Below, in pieces: positions 1 through 10,156 of a DNA stretch of 60,935 nt; positions within the stretch are counted from its first letter, which is position 1, and each line of letters starts with the position of its first letter. Position numbers and translations under genes: made by a program. The DNA is from a virus (Duplodnaviria; Caudoviricetes): positions 1 through 60,935 of the IMG/VR virus record IMGVR_UViG_3300018420_000018. The stretch is one strand, 5' to 3'. The notes below the pieces were generated by a model that saw nothing but the letters and a program-made list of their open reading frames with translations, searched no databases and was not told the DNA's origin.

Positions 1-116
1 AACTTCCGTATGGTCGCTACCTATCGACCTTAATAAAATTGGGGTAAGGCCTCATGTAAAGGACACGGTGTAAAGAATAGGGTATTCCCTAGACATTGAA
101 CGATTAAAGTCAAGAT

Positions 117-145
117 AAAAAAAGGGGTCTAAAAAGACCCCTTTT
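117..145 (-). terminator. Intrinsic terminator after major capsid gene
   Basis: Minus strand AAAAGGGGTCT-TTTT-AGACCCCTTTTTTT: GC stem plus U tract just past the gp23 stop. Confidence 0.85.
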
Positions 146-163
146 AAATGAACTACTAAATTC

Positions 164-1459
164 TTATAGAATGTTAGAAACTGCCATTTTTCTGAAGTAC
201 TGGTTAGTACCTGCAGAAGCAAGACCGTTTGCAGGTGTAGAACCAACAAATGGATTACTTACCATACCATATCTAGTTTTGAAACCGATTTTTGGTTGGA
301 AAGTGTTCTCACCAACTGCACGAACCATTTGTAATGGAACGTATGGGCAATAGAATAAACCAGCGTCATAAGGATTAGAACCTCTATAACCAACAGTCAT
401 ATAGTCTGATGATGCATAAGGGTCGATGTATACCTTAACTCTTCCGTTTAATAAACCAGCAAAAGTATTACCAGTGTCATCAACGTTTAAGTTTGTTGAA
501 AGAGCAGGTGTGTAATCTAATACACCAGCCATTGACAATGCAGAAGCAACGTCTGAAGAACAAAGGATAAAGTTTCCTTTTCCTCTTCTTGTTTCTTTAG
601 CGATTGTGTTTGATTCTCTTTCGATTTGGAATAACAATCCTTTGAACTTTTCAACAGACCATCTACCGTTAGCGTCAACGTCTAAGTTAAATGTACCAGC
701 TGAAGCTGTTGCAGCTGCACCTGTTTTAGCTTGGTTGTTAACACCTCTGATTACTTCCCTGTTGATTTCAGCAAGGATTTCTGATGATAGAATGTTTGCA
801 AGTTCTGACTCAGCGTCAAGACCGTGAATTGCTTTAAGGTCTTGTGCAAGTTCTAATGTGTATTCTGCTTTTAATGCTCTTGAAACTGCTGTCACGGTAG
901 CTTTCTCAATTGTGAAACTCATTTCTGCGAAATGATTACCAGCTGCATCACCTAAAGCTTCTGCTTCAGCTGTTGTCATACCTGTTTCTGTTTGAGATGC
1001 ATATGAACCGTTAAATGGGTCACCTGAATGGTCTGAACCTACAGAAGTAGAAGTTGTCTGAGGGTTTGCAGAATAACCAGTTCTAGCTTCATTAAATAAA
1101 GCTTCTGATTCTGCAGTCCTAGCAGCGTCTACATCGTCATGATATCTTGATTTCATGGCGAATATAAGTCCTGTTGGGCCAGTCATAGGTTGAACACCAC
1201 AAATGTCGTAAGCAACGAGATTTGGCATTGCACGTCTAACGAGACTGATTAAAATCGGGTCCCAGTTAGATATCGCACTTCCAGTAGCATTTAAAGGTGC
1301 AGCTTCTTCAAGAGTTGCTCTATCTTCTTTAAGAGCTCTTTCTTGGTTTTCTAGGATTACTGCTGTGACAGCCTTCTTGTAGTTATCCTCGATTTTTGGT
1401 AAATCGGAATGTTCTAGAATTGGACTCCACTTTTCCTGTAAGTTTTCTGATAAAAACAT
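164..1459 (-). CDS. gp23: Major capsid protein, T4 gp23 family
   Basis: Motifs LVRRAMPNLVAYDICGVQPMTGPTGLIFAM, ELAQDLKAIHGLDAESEL, FQPKIGFKTRYG. Confidence 0.98.
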   Translation of the reverse strand: MFLSENLQEKWSPILEHSDLPKIEDNYKKAVTAVILENQERALKEDRATLEEAAPLNATGSAISNWDPILISLVRRAMPNLVAYDICGVQPMTGPTGLIFAMKSRYHDDVDAARTAESEALFNEARTGYSANPQTTSTSVGSDHSGDPFNGSYASQTETGMTTAEAEALGDAAGNHFAEMSFTIEKATVTAVSRALKAEYTLELAQDLKAIHGLDAESELANILSSEILAEINREVIRGVNNQAKTGAAATASAGTFNLDVDANGRWSVEKFKGLLFQIERESNTIAKETRRGKGNFILCSSDVASALSMAGVLDYTPALSTNLNVDDTGNTFAGLLNGRVKVYIDPYASSDYMTVGYRGSNPYDAGLFYCPYVPLQMVRAVGENTFQPKIGFKTRYGMVSNPFVGSTPANGLASAGTNQYFRKMAVSNIL

Positions 1460-1476
1460 TTTTTATTTCCTTTAAA

Positions 1477-2829
1477 TTAACCTAATGGTTTTAGTTTTGA
1501 TAATGCGTTAGCATATGTTGCGATTTCAGGTGCAAGAATTGGTTCGTCTGATTCCTCAGAGATAACTCCTGTTCCTTCTTCAACAACTGTATCTTCCACT
1601 AGTTTTTCACCTTCTACAGGGAAGTATGCATTTTTAACTTCAGAAATCTTCTCAGCGAAGTCTTCTTCTGATTTATAATCCACACCTTCTGCAAGTGAAA
1701 CTAGTTTTTCTCTCTGTGATTCAGTTAGGTCTTCACCTGCTTGTCTCACAATGTTGCCTCTTTTGAGAGTTTCCAACTCTTCAGTGATGTCAATATTCTT
1801 AGTGACTTCACCGTCAAGTTTTTGTTCCATCTCATCGAGACGATTTGCAAGTTCGTCTATGACATTATACTTGTCTTCAGGAACATCAACGTAGTGTTCT
1901 ACGAATAATGTTTTTAACCCTTCGATAAAGTTTTCAGTCATTTCCGACCTTAAACCTCTTTCTATAGCAAGTTCGTTTTCTTTCGACCACTCTTCTGCAC
2001 AATATGTTAGATACTTGTCAACTGCTTCCGATAGGTCACCTTTAACTTTCTCTACTGAGGTTTTTAATTCTTCTGAGTACTGAGACTCAAGTTGTTCTTT
2101 GATTTCTGCAACTTTAGAAGTCACAGCAGCTTTAAATATAGTTTTTGCTTTTTCAGCATTTTCTTCTGAAAGTTCTAAAGATTCTGAAATTTTAGATAGG
2201 TCGTCATCTATTTCGATTTCAACTAATGAAGATTCTAATTCAGCAGTAGTTTCTTCGTCTACTTCAACTTCTGTTTCAGCAACTTCTTCTTCTACTTTAT
2301 CATCTTTTTTCTTCATTTTCCCATAAACTTCAGCAACTGCTTCTTCGTCCATAGACTTTAAAGACTCAACTACTTTTCTAGCGATTTCTGCTTTTGTCAA
2401 ACTCTCGTCAACCTCTTTTTCAGAAATTGTTCCCAATACTGATGAGATTTCTTCCTTAGTCATTTCCTTCATGTTGTTGACGATAGCTTTGATTGATTCC
2501 ATTTTTGAAGATTTTACTTCGTCTTTCTTAGACTCAGCTTCATCCTCTGAAACTTTTTTCAATTTTGGTTGTGCTTCTGCTTTATCTGCGTTTTTTTGTT
2601 GTGCATCACCTGAAACAGGTTTTACATTTTCAGCAGACTTAACTGATGCAACAGCTTTGTCAACAGGATTTTCTTCAGGTTTAACGACTTCAACTTTTCC
2701 TGACTCTATTGACTCAGCATCAGATGAACCTTGTTTGACTGGTTTTGAATCACCTTTTTCAGCACCATCGTGAGGTTGCTTTACAGCCTTCTCCTCGATA
2801 GTTTCTAGGTTATTTTCTAACTCTGCCAT
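1477..2829 (-). CDS. gp22: Prohead core scaffolding protein with long acidic N-terminal region
   Basis: VDKYLTY..EEW..EN.LAIERGLRSEMTENFI.GLK.LF.EHYVDVPE motif; lies between gp21 and gp23. Confidence 0.93.
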   Translation of the reverse strand: MAELENNLETIEEKAVKQPHDGAEKGDSKPVKQGSSDAESIESGKVEVVKPEENPVDKAVASVKSAENVKPVSGDAQQKNADKAEAQPKLKKVSEDEAESKKDEVKSSKMESIKAIVNNMKEMTKEEISSVLGTISEKEVDESLTKAEIARKVVESLKSMDEEAVAEVYGKMKKKDDKVEEEVAETEVEVDEETTAELESSLVEIEIDDDLSKISESLELSEENAEKAKTIFKAAVTSKVAEIKEQLESQYSEELKTSVEKVKGDLSEAVDKYLTYCAEEWSKENELAIERGLRSEMTENFIEGLKTLFVEHYVDVPEDKYNVIDELANRLDEMEQKLDGEVTKNIDITEELETLKRGNIVRQAGEDLTESQREKLVSLAEGVDYKSEEDFAEKISEVKNAYFPVEGEKLVEDTVVEEGTGVISEESDEPILAPEIATYANALSKLKPLG

Positions 2830-2868
2830 TTTTTTCTCCTGTTTAGTTTCTAATTGAACTACTTAATT

Positions 2869-2876
2869 TATTTATA
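2869..2876 (-). promoter_or_regulatory. T4-type late promoter TATAAATA upstream of gp22
   Basis: Exact TATAAATA about 40 nt upstream of start; AGGA SD present. Confidence 0.75.
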
Positions 2877-2878
2877 TA

Positions 2879-3532
2879 TTATAGGTTCTCAACGAACTTT
2901 TTCCAAAGGTTTAATTTGGTTTCTTCTAGTTGTGAAGACCTTGCAGAACGTAATTCTTTCTGCATTTGTTCTACTTGAATTGCCTTTAATATACCATTCT
3001 CCATAACCCATTCAACACCTTCCATGATTCCTTCTACGAAGGCCTCAGGTGCAGACGGGTCTGCAACGATATCACCTGCAGTTGCAAGTTGAAAATCGCC
3101 TTTCACATATTGAGCACCACCTTTTTCTTCTAGTGAACCTAGACCTCTTGATGATACTCCTAATTTTGCACCGTCATCAATCAAATTTCTCACAATTTGA
3201 CCATTTGGTGTACTTAAAATCTTTGCACGTCCCACGTAATTGTTTCCATCTTCTTCTAATGTCGTGATTAAGTGCGAAACTTTGTCTAAATTGATAGTTG
3301 GCCCTTCAGGGTGTCCTAACTCTCCGAATGCACGTTTCTTATCAACAAATTCTTTTCTATATCTGTTGACTTCTTTCTGCATTACTTCTTTAGGATACAC
3401 TCTACCGTTTCTGTTTTTAATTTCAGATTGCATAAAGATACCTTCGATGAAGTATTCTTTTTCACCCTTCTCGTTTTCTTCAACTATTACGGGTTGAACT
3501 TCGTAATCGTTAAACTCTGATATTAATTTCAT
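2879..3532 (-). CDS. gp21: Prohead protease
   Basis: IEGIFMQ, NRNGRVYP, GELGHP, GVSSRGLGS, DIVADPSAPEAFV. Confidence 0.97.
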   Translation of the reverse strand: MKLISEFNDYEVQPVIVEENEKGEKEYFIEGIFMQSEIKNRNGRVYPKEVMQKEVNRYRKEFVDKKRAFGELGHPEGPTINLDKVSHLITTLEEDGNNYVGRAKILSTPNGQIVRNLIDDGAKLGVSSRGLGSLEEKGGAQYVKGDFQLATAGDIVADPSAPEAFVEGIMEGVEWVMENGILKAIQVEQMQKELRSARSSQLEETKLNLWKKFVENL

Positions 3533-3809
3533 TGATAATTTCCTCTATATTTGTATCCTTTTCAATCAAATCTTTCATTACATAACGGATATTATTAAAC
3601 TCTTGTTCTGCATCCTTTAAACTCTTAAAGGATTCGTTTAACTTATTACCATCAATATTGATGTTGTACTCACCATTTTTTAAGGTGTATACTACGTTAA
3701 ATCTTTGTTCTCCTATTTCAATGAACTTTCTTTTTACTTCAAATGAACCTGTAGGAATATCTTTCCTTGATTCATTTAGTTCATTTAAAACAGAAGAGAA
3801 ACTTTTCAT
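3510..3809 (-). CDS. Small prohead-region protein (gp68 position)
   Basis: 99-aa ORF overlapping both neighbours; synteny only. Confidence 0.55.
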   Translation of the reverse strand: MKSFSSVLNELNESRKDIPTGSFEVKRKFIEIGEQRFNVVYTLKNGEYNINIDGNKLNESFKSLKDAEQEFNNIRYVMKDLIEKDTNIEEIINEINIRV

Positions 3810-3988
3810 TACTCACCTGTTGGTTCGTTTGGTTCGTTATCGACCCAATCAACCTGCATTTCGACTCTTTTCATGTCTACTACTTCTGCAGCTTTCTGTT
3901 TGATACCTTGAGATATACTATCTTTTGCATCATTCAATTGACCTTGTTCTATTTGGTCTACTATTTGTTTTGCTATTTCACTACTCAT
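3809..3988 (-). CDS. Small acidic prohead core protein (gp67 position), 59 aa, absent from ORF track
   Basis: Hand translation MSSEIAKQIVDQIEQGQLNDAKDSISQGIKQKAAEVVDMKRVEMQVDWVDNEPNEPTGE*; fills the gap after gp20 with TAATG stop/start overlap. Confidence 0.75.
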   Translation of the reverse strand: MSSEIAKQIVDQIEQGQLNDAKDSISQGIKQKAAEVVDMKRVEMQVDWVDNEPNEPTGE

Positions 3989-3991
3989 TTA

Positions 3992-5521
3992 TTAAAATCT
4001 CCCAAAATCGTCTTCACTTTCTTCAGCGTCACCCTTTTCATCTTCAATTTGTTTGTCGATTATTTTGATATCTTCTTCAGATTGCATTAGAACATATTTT
4101 CTAACCCAGTCTTTTGAGTAATATCTACCAACATACTCTGATACTTGTCCGAGAGTATCTATTCTCTCTCTTAGTATCTCTGCATCCTTCAACTCTGTAA
4201 AGTGGTTGTCGGTTGCATAATTAAACTGCATGAATTCTTTGATTTTATCAAATTCTTCTACAGAGACAATTTCTTTAAGAACTAATTGAGTTCTAAGAAT
4301 GTCTATGAAAACTCTTGCAAACTTCTTCTGAAGTCTGTTTGTGAACTTATTAAACTTAAGTTCATCTCTATTAATTTCGGATGCACGACCCATGTTAAAA
4401 CCATTGTCTGCTTCCATTCTAGAAGATGGGACATTAAGAGATTGATATAACTTCTTCTTGAAGTATTCGATATCATCTATATCTGCAAGGTTTTGTCCAC
4501 CAGGCAGGGTAGTAATCTCTGTTCCTCTACCACCTTCTCTTCTAGGCAACCAAAAATCTTCCAACATACTCATATGTTTTCTATCATCTTTGATTTCACC
4601 TGTATCTGCATTGTAAACAAGTTTATTTCTATACTTGTTCATAACGTCTGCAAGATACTGTTCTGCTTTTGCTTTTGGAAGGTTTCCTACGTCAATGTAG
4701 AATATCCTTCTTTCAGGAGCACGTGAAATCCTATAGATTACAAGTGCATCTTCCATCATTGATAACTGATTTGCAGTCTTCAATGCTTTATGCAGATATC
4801 CGATTACAACATTCTTAGTGTAATCTAGTAAACCTGAAGTTGTATATGATACTGCTTCAGGTGCAATTTTAACTGTTGTTCCTTCCGATGCAGAAGATTT
4901 ATCAAATCCTCTGTCGTTGAACATGTAGAACTCTTCGACCTTTTTAATTCTTTCTATCTTTGTTTTAGGGTCTTTTTCTTTCTCTACGTTTCTAACTTTT
5001 TTAATCTTTAATGGGTCGATATTTCTTAAATCAACAATACCTAATTTAGGTCTTTTTGAGTCAACGACCTTATGGAAGTATATCCTTCCATCTACGTACC
5101 ATTTTCTGAATATTTCGTGAGAGTTCTGATTGAACTTCATCATTGATAAGATTAGATTAAACTCGTCTTGTATCTTGTTTTTGATACTATCAGAGAGTTT
5201 AACATCTCTGAGGTCGAGTGTCACAATCTTATCTGAAACATCAGATGTGATACACTCATTAACAATATCTTCAATTGCAGAGTCACACTCTGGCACTAAA
5301 GATGTTTCACGGTATCTACGAATGAGTTCTGCCTCATTTTTGATACCACCTTCCATATCAACAAAGGCACCATAGGCACCTCCTGCGATATATCCAGCCT
5401 GTTGCTGAATAACGGGAGTACCGTCATCATCAACTGGTGGCACGAATGACTTTGCATTCGGTGCCTCCAAATTTCTTAACTCGTCTTTTTTACGAGTGAT
5501 TTCAAACCCAAATAATTCCAT
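3992..5521 (-). CDS. gp20: Portal vertex protein
   Basis: YRISRAPERRIFYIDVGNLPK.KAEQY, EDFWLPRREGGRGTEITTLPGG. Confidence 0.98.
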   Translation of the reverse strand: MELFGFEITRKKDELRNLEAPNAKSFVPPVDDDGTPVIQQQAGYIAGGAYGAFVDMEGGIKNEAELIRRYRETSLVPECDSAIEDIVNECITSDVSDKIVTLDLRDVKLSDSIKNKIQDEFNLILSMMKFNQNSHEIFRKWYVDGRIYFHKVVDSKRPKLGIVDLRNIDPLKIKKVRNVEKEKDPKTKIERIKKVEEFYMFNDRGFDKSSASEGTTVKIAPEAVSYTTSGLLDYTKNVVIGYLHKALKTANQLSMMEDALVIYRISRAPERRIFYIDVGNLPKAKAEQYLADVMNKYRNKLVYNADTGEIKDDRKHMSMLEDFWLPRREGGRGTEITTLPGGQNLADIDDIEYFKKKLYQSLNVPSSRMEADNGFNMGRASEINRDELKFNKFTNRLQKKFARVFIDILRTQLVLKEIVSVEEFDKIKEFMQFNYATDNHFTELKDAEILRERIDTLGQVSEYVGRYYSKDWVRKYVLMQSEEDIKIIDKQIEDEKGDAEESEDDFGRF

Positions 5522-5526
5522 ACTAA

Positions 5527-5534
5527 TATTTATA
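5527..5534 (-). promoter_or_regulatory. Late promoter 5 nt before gp20 ATG
   Basis: TATAAATA-TTAGT-ATG. Confidence 0.75.
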
Positions 5535-5564
5535 CCACCAATTTGTGGTAGTATTCACAACTAA

Positions 5565-6062
5565 TTACTTAACTCTATCCCAGTGAGAGTATGAGAAAGT
5601 CACATCAAATGTTTCTAAAGCAGCAGCTTCGTCACTTGATAATGCGATATTTCCTATTACATTAGGGAATATATTAAAGAACTCATATCTCGCAAGAACA
5701 GAATCATCTTTATGCAATTGTTCTACAAATGCACGTGATAGTAGATAATCAGTGTTAAGAGCTGCATCTGTTGTTGTCAATGATGCAATATCTTCCTGCC
5801 ATGCTTCTAAAGCAGTTCTAGAAGAAAACTCTATGTCGTTTATCACTGTAATAGTCCAGTCATCAAAAGTTCTATCTCCTGCGAGTTTTAAATTTTGACC
5901 TCTGAAAGGTACAGAGATAACGTTGACATTAGCAGCAGGAATCTGAGCAGCAGTACATAGAAACTCTATCTTTTCACCACTTCTAGGTATAAAGACTCTG
6001 TATCTGTTTGCACGTGGGCCACCACCGATTAATTGTGCTTTAAATTGGTCTATTGTTGCCAT
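5565..6062 (-). CDS. gp19: Tail tube protein
   Basis: GGGPRANRY, LKLAGDRTFDDWTITVIND; follows sheath gene. Confidence 0.95.
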   Translation of the reverse strand: MATIDQFKAQLIGGGPRANRYRVFIPRSGEKIEFLCTAAQIPAANVNVISVPFRGQNLKLAGDRTFDDWTITVINDIEFSSRTALEAWQEDIASLTTTDAALNTDYLLSRAFVEQLHKDDSVLARYEFFNIFPNVIGNIALSSDEAAALETFDVTFSYSHWDRVK

Positions 6063-6075
6063 TTATATACTCCTG

Positions 6076-8094
6076 TTATACTGCACTATAAATTTCTTCA
6101 AACTCAACTCCTGACCTTGCGGCAACGAAGTTAAGAGTGATAAAGTTAATTGATTTAGCAGGTTTCACAAAGATTGAACATACAAACTCGTTTCTGTCTA
6201 TGACTGAATCAGTGTTGTTTGTTTCGTCACAAACTACTGAGAAGTCTACTAAACCTCTTCTGTTCTTCACATCTCTTAGGAAAGGTTCTACTGCACTTCT
6301 AAATTGAGCACGTGTAAATGCATCATTGAACTCAAATAATTGAGACTTAGCTGCAGTTGCGATTGCTTTCTCTAATACGATGAATAATCTTCTTACATTC
6401 ACTCTATCGAATGCAGAAGGACTTGTTAATGCAGTTTTATCTCCGAACAATACTGTTCCTTGACCTGCAAACGTCACTATTGGGTTGATTCTTGCACGGT
6501 ATAAGTCGTCTCTTGAAGACTTCTTAGGGTTAAATGCAAGTTTAGTGATTCCTAAATACTGACCTCTTGTGAAACCAGCAGGTGAGAACCATGCATCACT
6601 CAATAAGTCTGACCTCGCCATTATACCTGCAGTGTGTCCATTTCCTGGCACCCAACAATACTTATCGTTAAATCTATCGTATTGATATACCCAACCACTG
6701 TCTAATACTGCGTATGATGATGATGATACTGATGTGTAATCTGTTAAAATGTTAGAAACTTGAGTAGATTCTAATGAAACGTTTACTATTGATGATTTTC
6801 TAGGTGATGCAACAACCATACAGTCTTTTCTGTTTTCACAAAGTAATATTAACTCGTTTAATATTGTGTTGTGGTCTGCGACTATATCTTGTTCTGTTCC
6901 ACTACCATTATCAGTTCTTGCAGAACCCATGATGATTAATGAAACGTCTATTGTTTCTGCATCTCCGAAGTGTGTGTTATATGCATCTGTAATTTGACCT
7001 GCAGTTCCTATTCTTCCGTTTGCACCACCAGTTAATGATGTTGCTAAAGGTAAGTTAGGTAAACCGAATGCAGTTCCACCTGCTACTGTTGCAAGTGTTC
7101 TTGATTCTGTTGCAGATGCGTGAGTAGATGTTGAGTGTCCACTCCAATACACATAGTTTGAACTTCTTTGAATTACGTCTCTGTAGTAGTTTGAACGTCC
7201 TTGTTCATCTTTAGCGTCTGATGCAAGTGAAACGAAACCATATGTTTCTAACACTTCACCTGGCACACCTGAGATTGCACCATCTTCGTCAACAACGACT
7301 ATGTGTGCTTCGTCATTTGATGCATTAACTTTGACTGCGTTTGCAGATGACCCTGGCGCTTTATCGAATAAAGCGTAGTGTTTCCAATATCTATCGATAT
7401 TTACACCGTCACCAACTACTTGTACTAAACCTGTTTTTGTAGGTGTTCCTATAGTTTCTATAGTAATGTTCGCACCATCAGGTAAAGTTAAAACTTTATA
7501 CTCCTGACTATGTCCTGCGAATTTAATGATATCTCCAACTTGGAATACTGAAGAATCGTCAACTGGAATTGTAGATGTTCCTACTGCAAGGTCTACTGGG
7601 TTTGAATCACCGTCAACACTATTAGTTGCAGTGACAACGTCATTGAAATATGCGTTTGAAGAACCACAAAGTTCCACTCTTAGTGAATTACCTAATTCAC
7701 CACCATATTTTGATACCCATACACCTACTGTTGCAGCTTGTGAACCATCTCTATAGTCCTCTATATACTGTTCATTATTTTTTAATAATGTTGTAGATGA
7801 ACCAAGTGCATTAGCGGAATACAATCCTGTTGAATTTAATCTGACCACTCTCAATGAAGAACCATATTTTAAGAAAGATTCTGCAGTATAATAATCTTCT
7901 GAACCTGCATCTGTATTTGCAGGATTACCGAATACACTATTCAATCCTTTTGAATCTGAAACTGTTATTACTTCATCAACAGGGCCCCATTGAAATGAAC
8001 CAGCGAATGCACCTGTTGTCGATGAAACGGCTGGAACAACATTTGTAAGGTCAACCTCTTTGACCTGTACGCCTGGTGATACTTGAAATGCCAT
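6076..8094 (-). CDS. gp18: Contractile tail sheath protein
   Basis: SPGVQVKEVDLT, FQWGP, WFSPAG..RG, FDRVNVRRLF, FEFND. Confidence 0.97.
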   Translation of the reverse strand: MAFQVSPGVQVKEVDLTNVVPAVSSTTGAFAGSFQWGPVDEVITVSDSKGLNSVFGNPANTDAGSEDYYTAESFLKYGSSLRVVRLNSTGLYSANALGSSTTLLKNNEQYIEDYRDGSQAATVGVWVSKYGGELGNSLRVELCGSSNAYFNDVVTATNSVDGDSNPVDLAVGTSTIPVDDSSVFQVGDIIKFAGHSQEYKVLTLPDGANITIETIGTPTKTGLVQVVGDGVNIDRYWKHYALFDKAPGSSANAVKVNASNDEAHIVVVDEDGAISGVPGEVLETYGFVSLASDAKDEQGRSNYYRDVIQRSSNYVYWSGHSTSTHASATESRTLATVAGGTAFGLPNLPLATSLTGGANGRIGTAGQITDAYNTHFGDAETIDVSLIIMGSARTDNGSGTEQDIVADHNTILNELILLCENRKDCMVVASPRKSSIVNVSLESTQVSNILTDYTSVSSSSYAVLDSGWVYQYDRFNDKYCWVPGNGHTAGIMARSDLLSDAWFSPAGFTRGQYLGITKLAFNPKKSSRDDLYRARINPIVTFAGQGTVLFGDKTALTSPSAFDRVNVRRLFIVLEKAIATAAKSQLFEFNDAFTRAQFRSAVEPFLRDVKNRRGLVDFSVVCDETNNTDSVIDRNEFVCSIFVKPAKSINFITLNFVAARSGVEFEEIYSAV

Positions 8095-8136
8095 ACTTTT
8101 ACTCCTGTTAATGTAAAAAGTTAGTTTTACTTGATA

Positions 8137-8144
8137 TATTTATA
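8137..8144 (-). promoter_or_regulatory. Late promoter upstream of gp18
   Basis: Exact TATAAATA about 42 nt upstream; AGGAG SD present. Confidence 0.75.
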
Positions 8145-8170
8145 ACTTTAATAACTCTAACGAATATATT

Positions 8171-9757
8171 TTAAACAACTGTAAACCACCTATCCCCTGT
8201 AGAATCTACAAAAGTTTCTTGTTCTTCTTGTTGTTGAGACCCAAAAACCCCTGCAGGAAGAATATCATCCTCAATCAACTTCTGTTGTTCTGAGTATAAT
8301 AAGTCTTTTACTTTCTTATCAGTTAGATGGACAAAATAATCAGTAGTGATAAACCATGAAAATAATACACAATTCATAACCAAATCATCATTATAACCCC
8401 TATCTGCTTCATATGAGTTCCCTTTTATCACAAAGGTCATCATTTCAGTAATGGTTGCACGGTCTACAATCGTTAGTCTATTTTCTTCCGTAATTTCTTT
8501 TAATGTTGAACAACCTACTCTTTTAATTCGTTTGTTCATAGTCACACCAATATCTTCTGCCTTTGTTTGTCCTTGTGTAAAGACATTAGGGTACTCTATA
8601 TCATAGTGCAACTGTTGTGCGACCATAGCACCTTCTGCATTATTCTCTATTATTACAAGTGCTTCATTATATGGTCTTACATATTTATTAATTATGTCTG
8701 CCAACAACATAGGTGAAGTAGTGTTATCTCTATACACCAACACTTGTTCAAAAGGTTGATTTGTGACATCAAAAACTGTAAACGTAGAATAGTCTAGTCC
8801 TTTACCTTGTGATACGTCAACAGTACATATGTAAATATGATTATCTACTGGTCTCTTATATAGACTAATACCGTCTTTGACCCAATCGGATTCTATTGCT
8901 CTCATACCTAATAGTGTATTACTATTAATAAGTGTAGAACCCGTTCCTAAGAAAGAGTTTCCATACTCTTGTTCAAATTGTGCTTCTGAGGTATTTGCAA
9001 TGGTCTCTTTCTTCCATTCTTCGTCTCTGCCTGGCACATCATACCAGTTGATTGTGAATGATTTATACTCAGATTGTTCATGTATTGCAGATTCGTATAT
9101 CTTGTGAAACATATTACCTACACCGTTTGCAGTTGAGGTAATGATTACCTTCGAGTCTTTACCTGACGTGACCACGGGATATGTTGCAGTATAGAATGTC
9201 TCTGCATCGTCTACGAATGCGAACTCATCGAGATATAGTAAATTGATTGACATACCACGAATTGAACTTGAAGAAGTTGCGGCTGCAACAACTTTACTAT
9301 CATTTGCAAACTCAATCGAACCTTTGTTAAGAATCTTAACACCAGGCTGTAAAAAAAATGGTACACTTTCTAACATAGTGACAAGACGTGCAATCATTTC
9401 CCTTGCAATTGCACCTTTGTTTGCAAGTATAGCAACAGTCACTTCGGGGTGAAATAGTAGAAACCATAATAGGTATGCACAAGATGTAATTGATTTACCA
9501 CTCTGACGTGATGCAAGAACAACACTAAAACGAGATTGGTCATAGTGTTTTATTAGTTTATCTTGATAACCACGAAGTTTAAAAGGAACCATACCTTCGT
9601 CCAATGATATAATTTGCGTATAGTTTTCAATAAAATGACAGGGGTCATTAGAACACTTCATGTATTCATCTAACTGTTTCTTATCATATTGAACATCTAT
9701 TCCCGCTCTTTTTATGAGTGGATTACCTAGATATCCTTCGTTTTTATTTAGAGTCAT
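8171..9757 (-). CDS. gp17: Terminase large subunit
   Basis: YLGNP, Walker A SRQSGKS, Walker B LLYLDEFAFV, ITSTANG, nuclease DDLVM. Confidence 0.97.
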   Translation of the reverse strand: MTLNKNEGYLGNPLIKRAGIDVQYDKKQLDEYMKCSNDPCHFIENYTQIISLDEGMVPFKLRGYQDKLIKHYDQSRFSVVLASRQSGKSITSCAYLLWFLLFHPEVTVAILANKGAIAREMIARLVTMLESVPFFLQPGVKILNKGSIEFANDSKVVAAATSSSSIRGMSINLLYLDEFAFVDDAETFYTATYPVVTSGKDSKVIITSTANGVGNMFHKIYESAIHEQSEYKSFTINWYDVPGRDEEWKKETIANTSEAQFEQEYGNSFLGTGSTLINSNTLLGMRAIESDWVKDGISLYKRPVDNHIYICTVDVSQGKGLDYSTFTVFDVTNQPFEQVLVYRDNTTSPMLLADIINKYVRPYNEALVIIENNAEGAMVAQQLHYDIEYPNVFTQGQTKAEDIGVTMNKRIKRVGCSTLKEITEENRLTIVDRATITEMMTFVIKGNSYEADRGYNDDLVMNCVLFSWFITTDYFVHLTDKKVKDLLYSEQQKLIEDDILPAGVFGSQQQEEQETFVDSTGDRWFTVV

Positions 9758-10154
9758 CTTGTTTTGATTTCTTTAGAAACTTTTGCAATTCTGAAGTTGA
9801 ACCAACATATAAGTGATTGTGTTGTGTTTTTACACTTCCGTTTTCGTCTTCTAACTTCTTTAATTTGGTTTGAACGTCTAATAATTTCTCTGCAGTCTCG
9901 CCTACGGTCTTTATTAACTGACCTGCAACTTCGTATGCACGAGGGTTTTCCGTCTCCCTACAAACGTCTAAGATACCGTCAATCGCATCTTGTCCTCTTT
10001 CAACAAGACCGTATAAGTTCTCTCTAGTATATTTGTAATCAGTCTGTATATTATCAGATTGAGGGGGTTTTTTGATTACTTGTGTAGTCTTCTCTTTTAT
10101 TTCAGAGGAGATATCCAAGACATCATTTAATTTTGAATCTATATCTTTTGTCAT
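9744..10154 (-). CDS. gp16: Terminase small subunit
   Basis: DYKYTRENLY, PRAYEVAGQLIK, VGSTSELQKFL. Confidence 0.93.
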   Translation of the reverse strand: MTKDIDSKLNDVLDISSEIKEKTTQVIKKPPQSDNIQTDYKYTRENLYGLVERGQDAIDGILDVCRETENPRAYEVAGQLIKTVGETAEKLLDVQTKLKKLEDENGSVKTQHNHLYVGSTSELQKFLKKSKQDDSK

Positions 10155-10156
10155 AA

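Noticed and set aside
1-115. Possible structured RNA beyond the gp23 terminator (GGTCG/CGACC and TAGGG/CCCTA stems)
   Set aside because: Truncated by the window edge; no tRNA cloverleaf or known motif can be supported.
164-9757. Introns, inteins or homing endonucleases in core head, tail and terminase genes
   Set aside because: ORFs are continuous and of ordinary length, with no splicing or endonuclease motifs seen.
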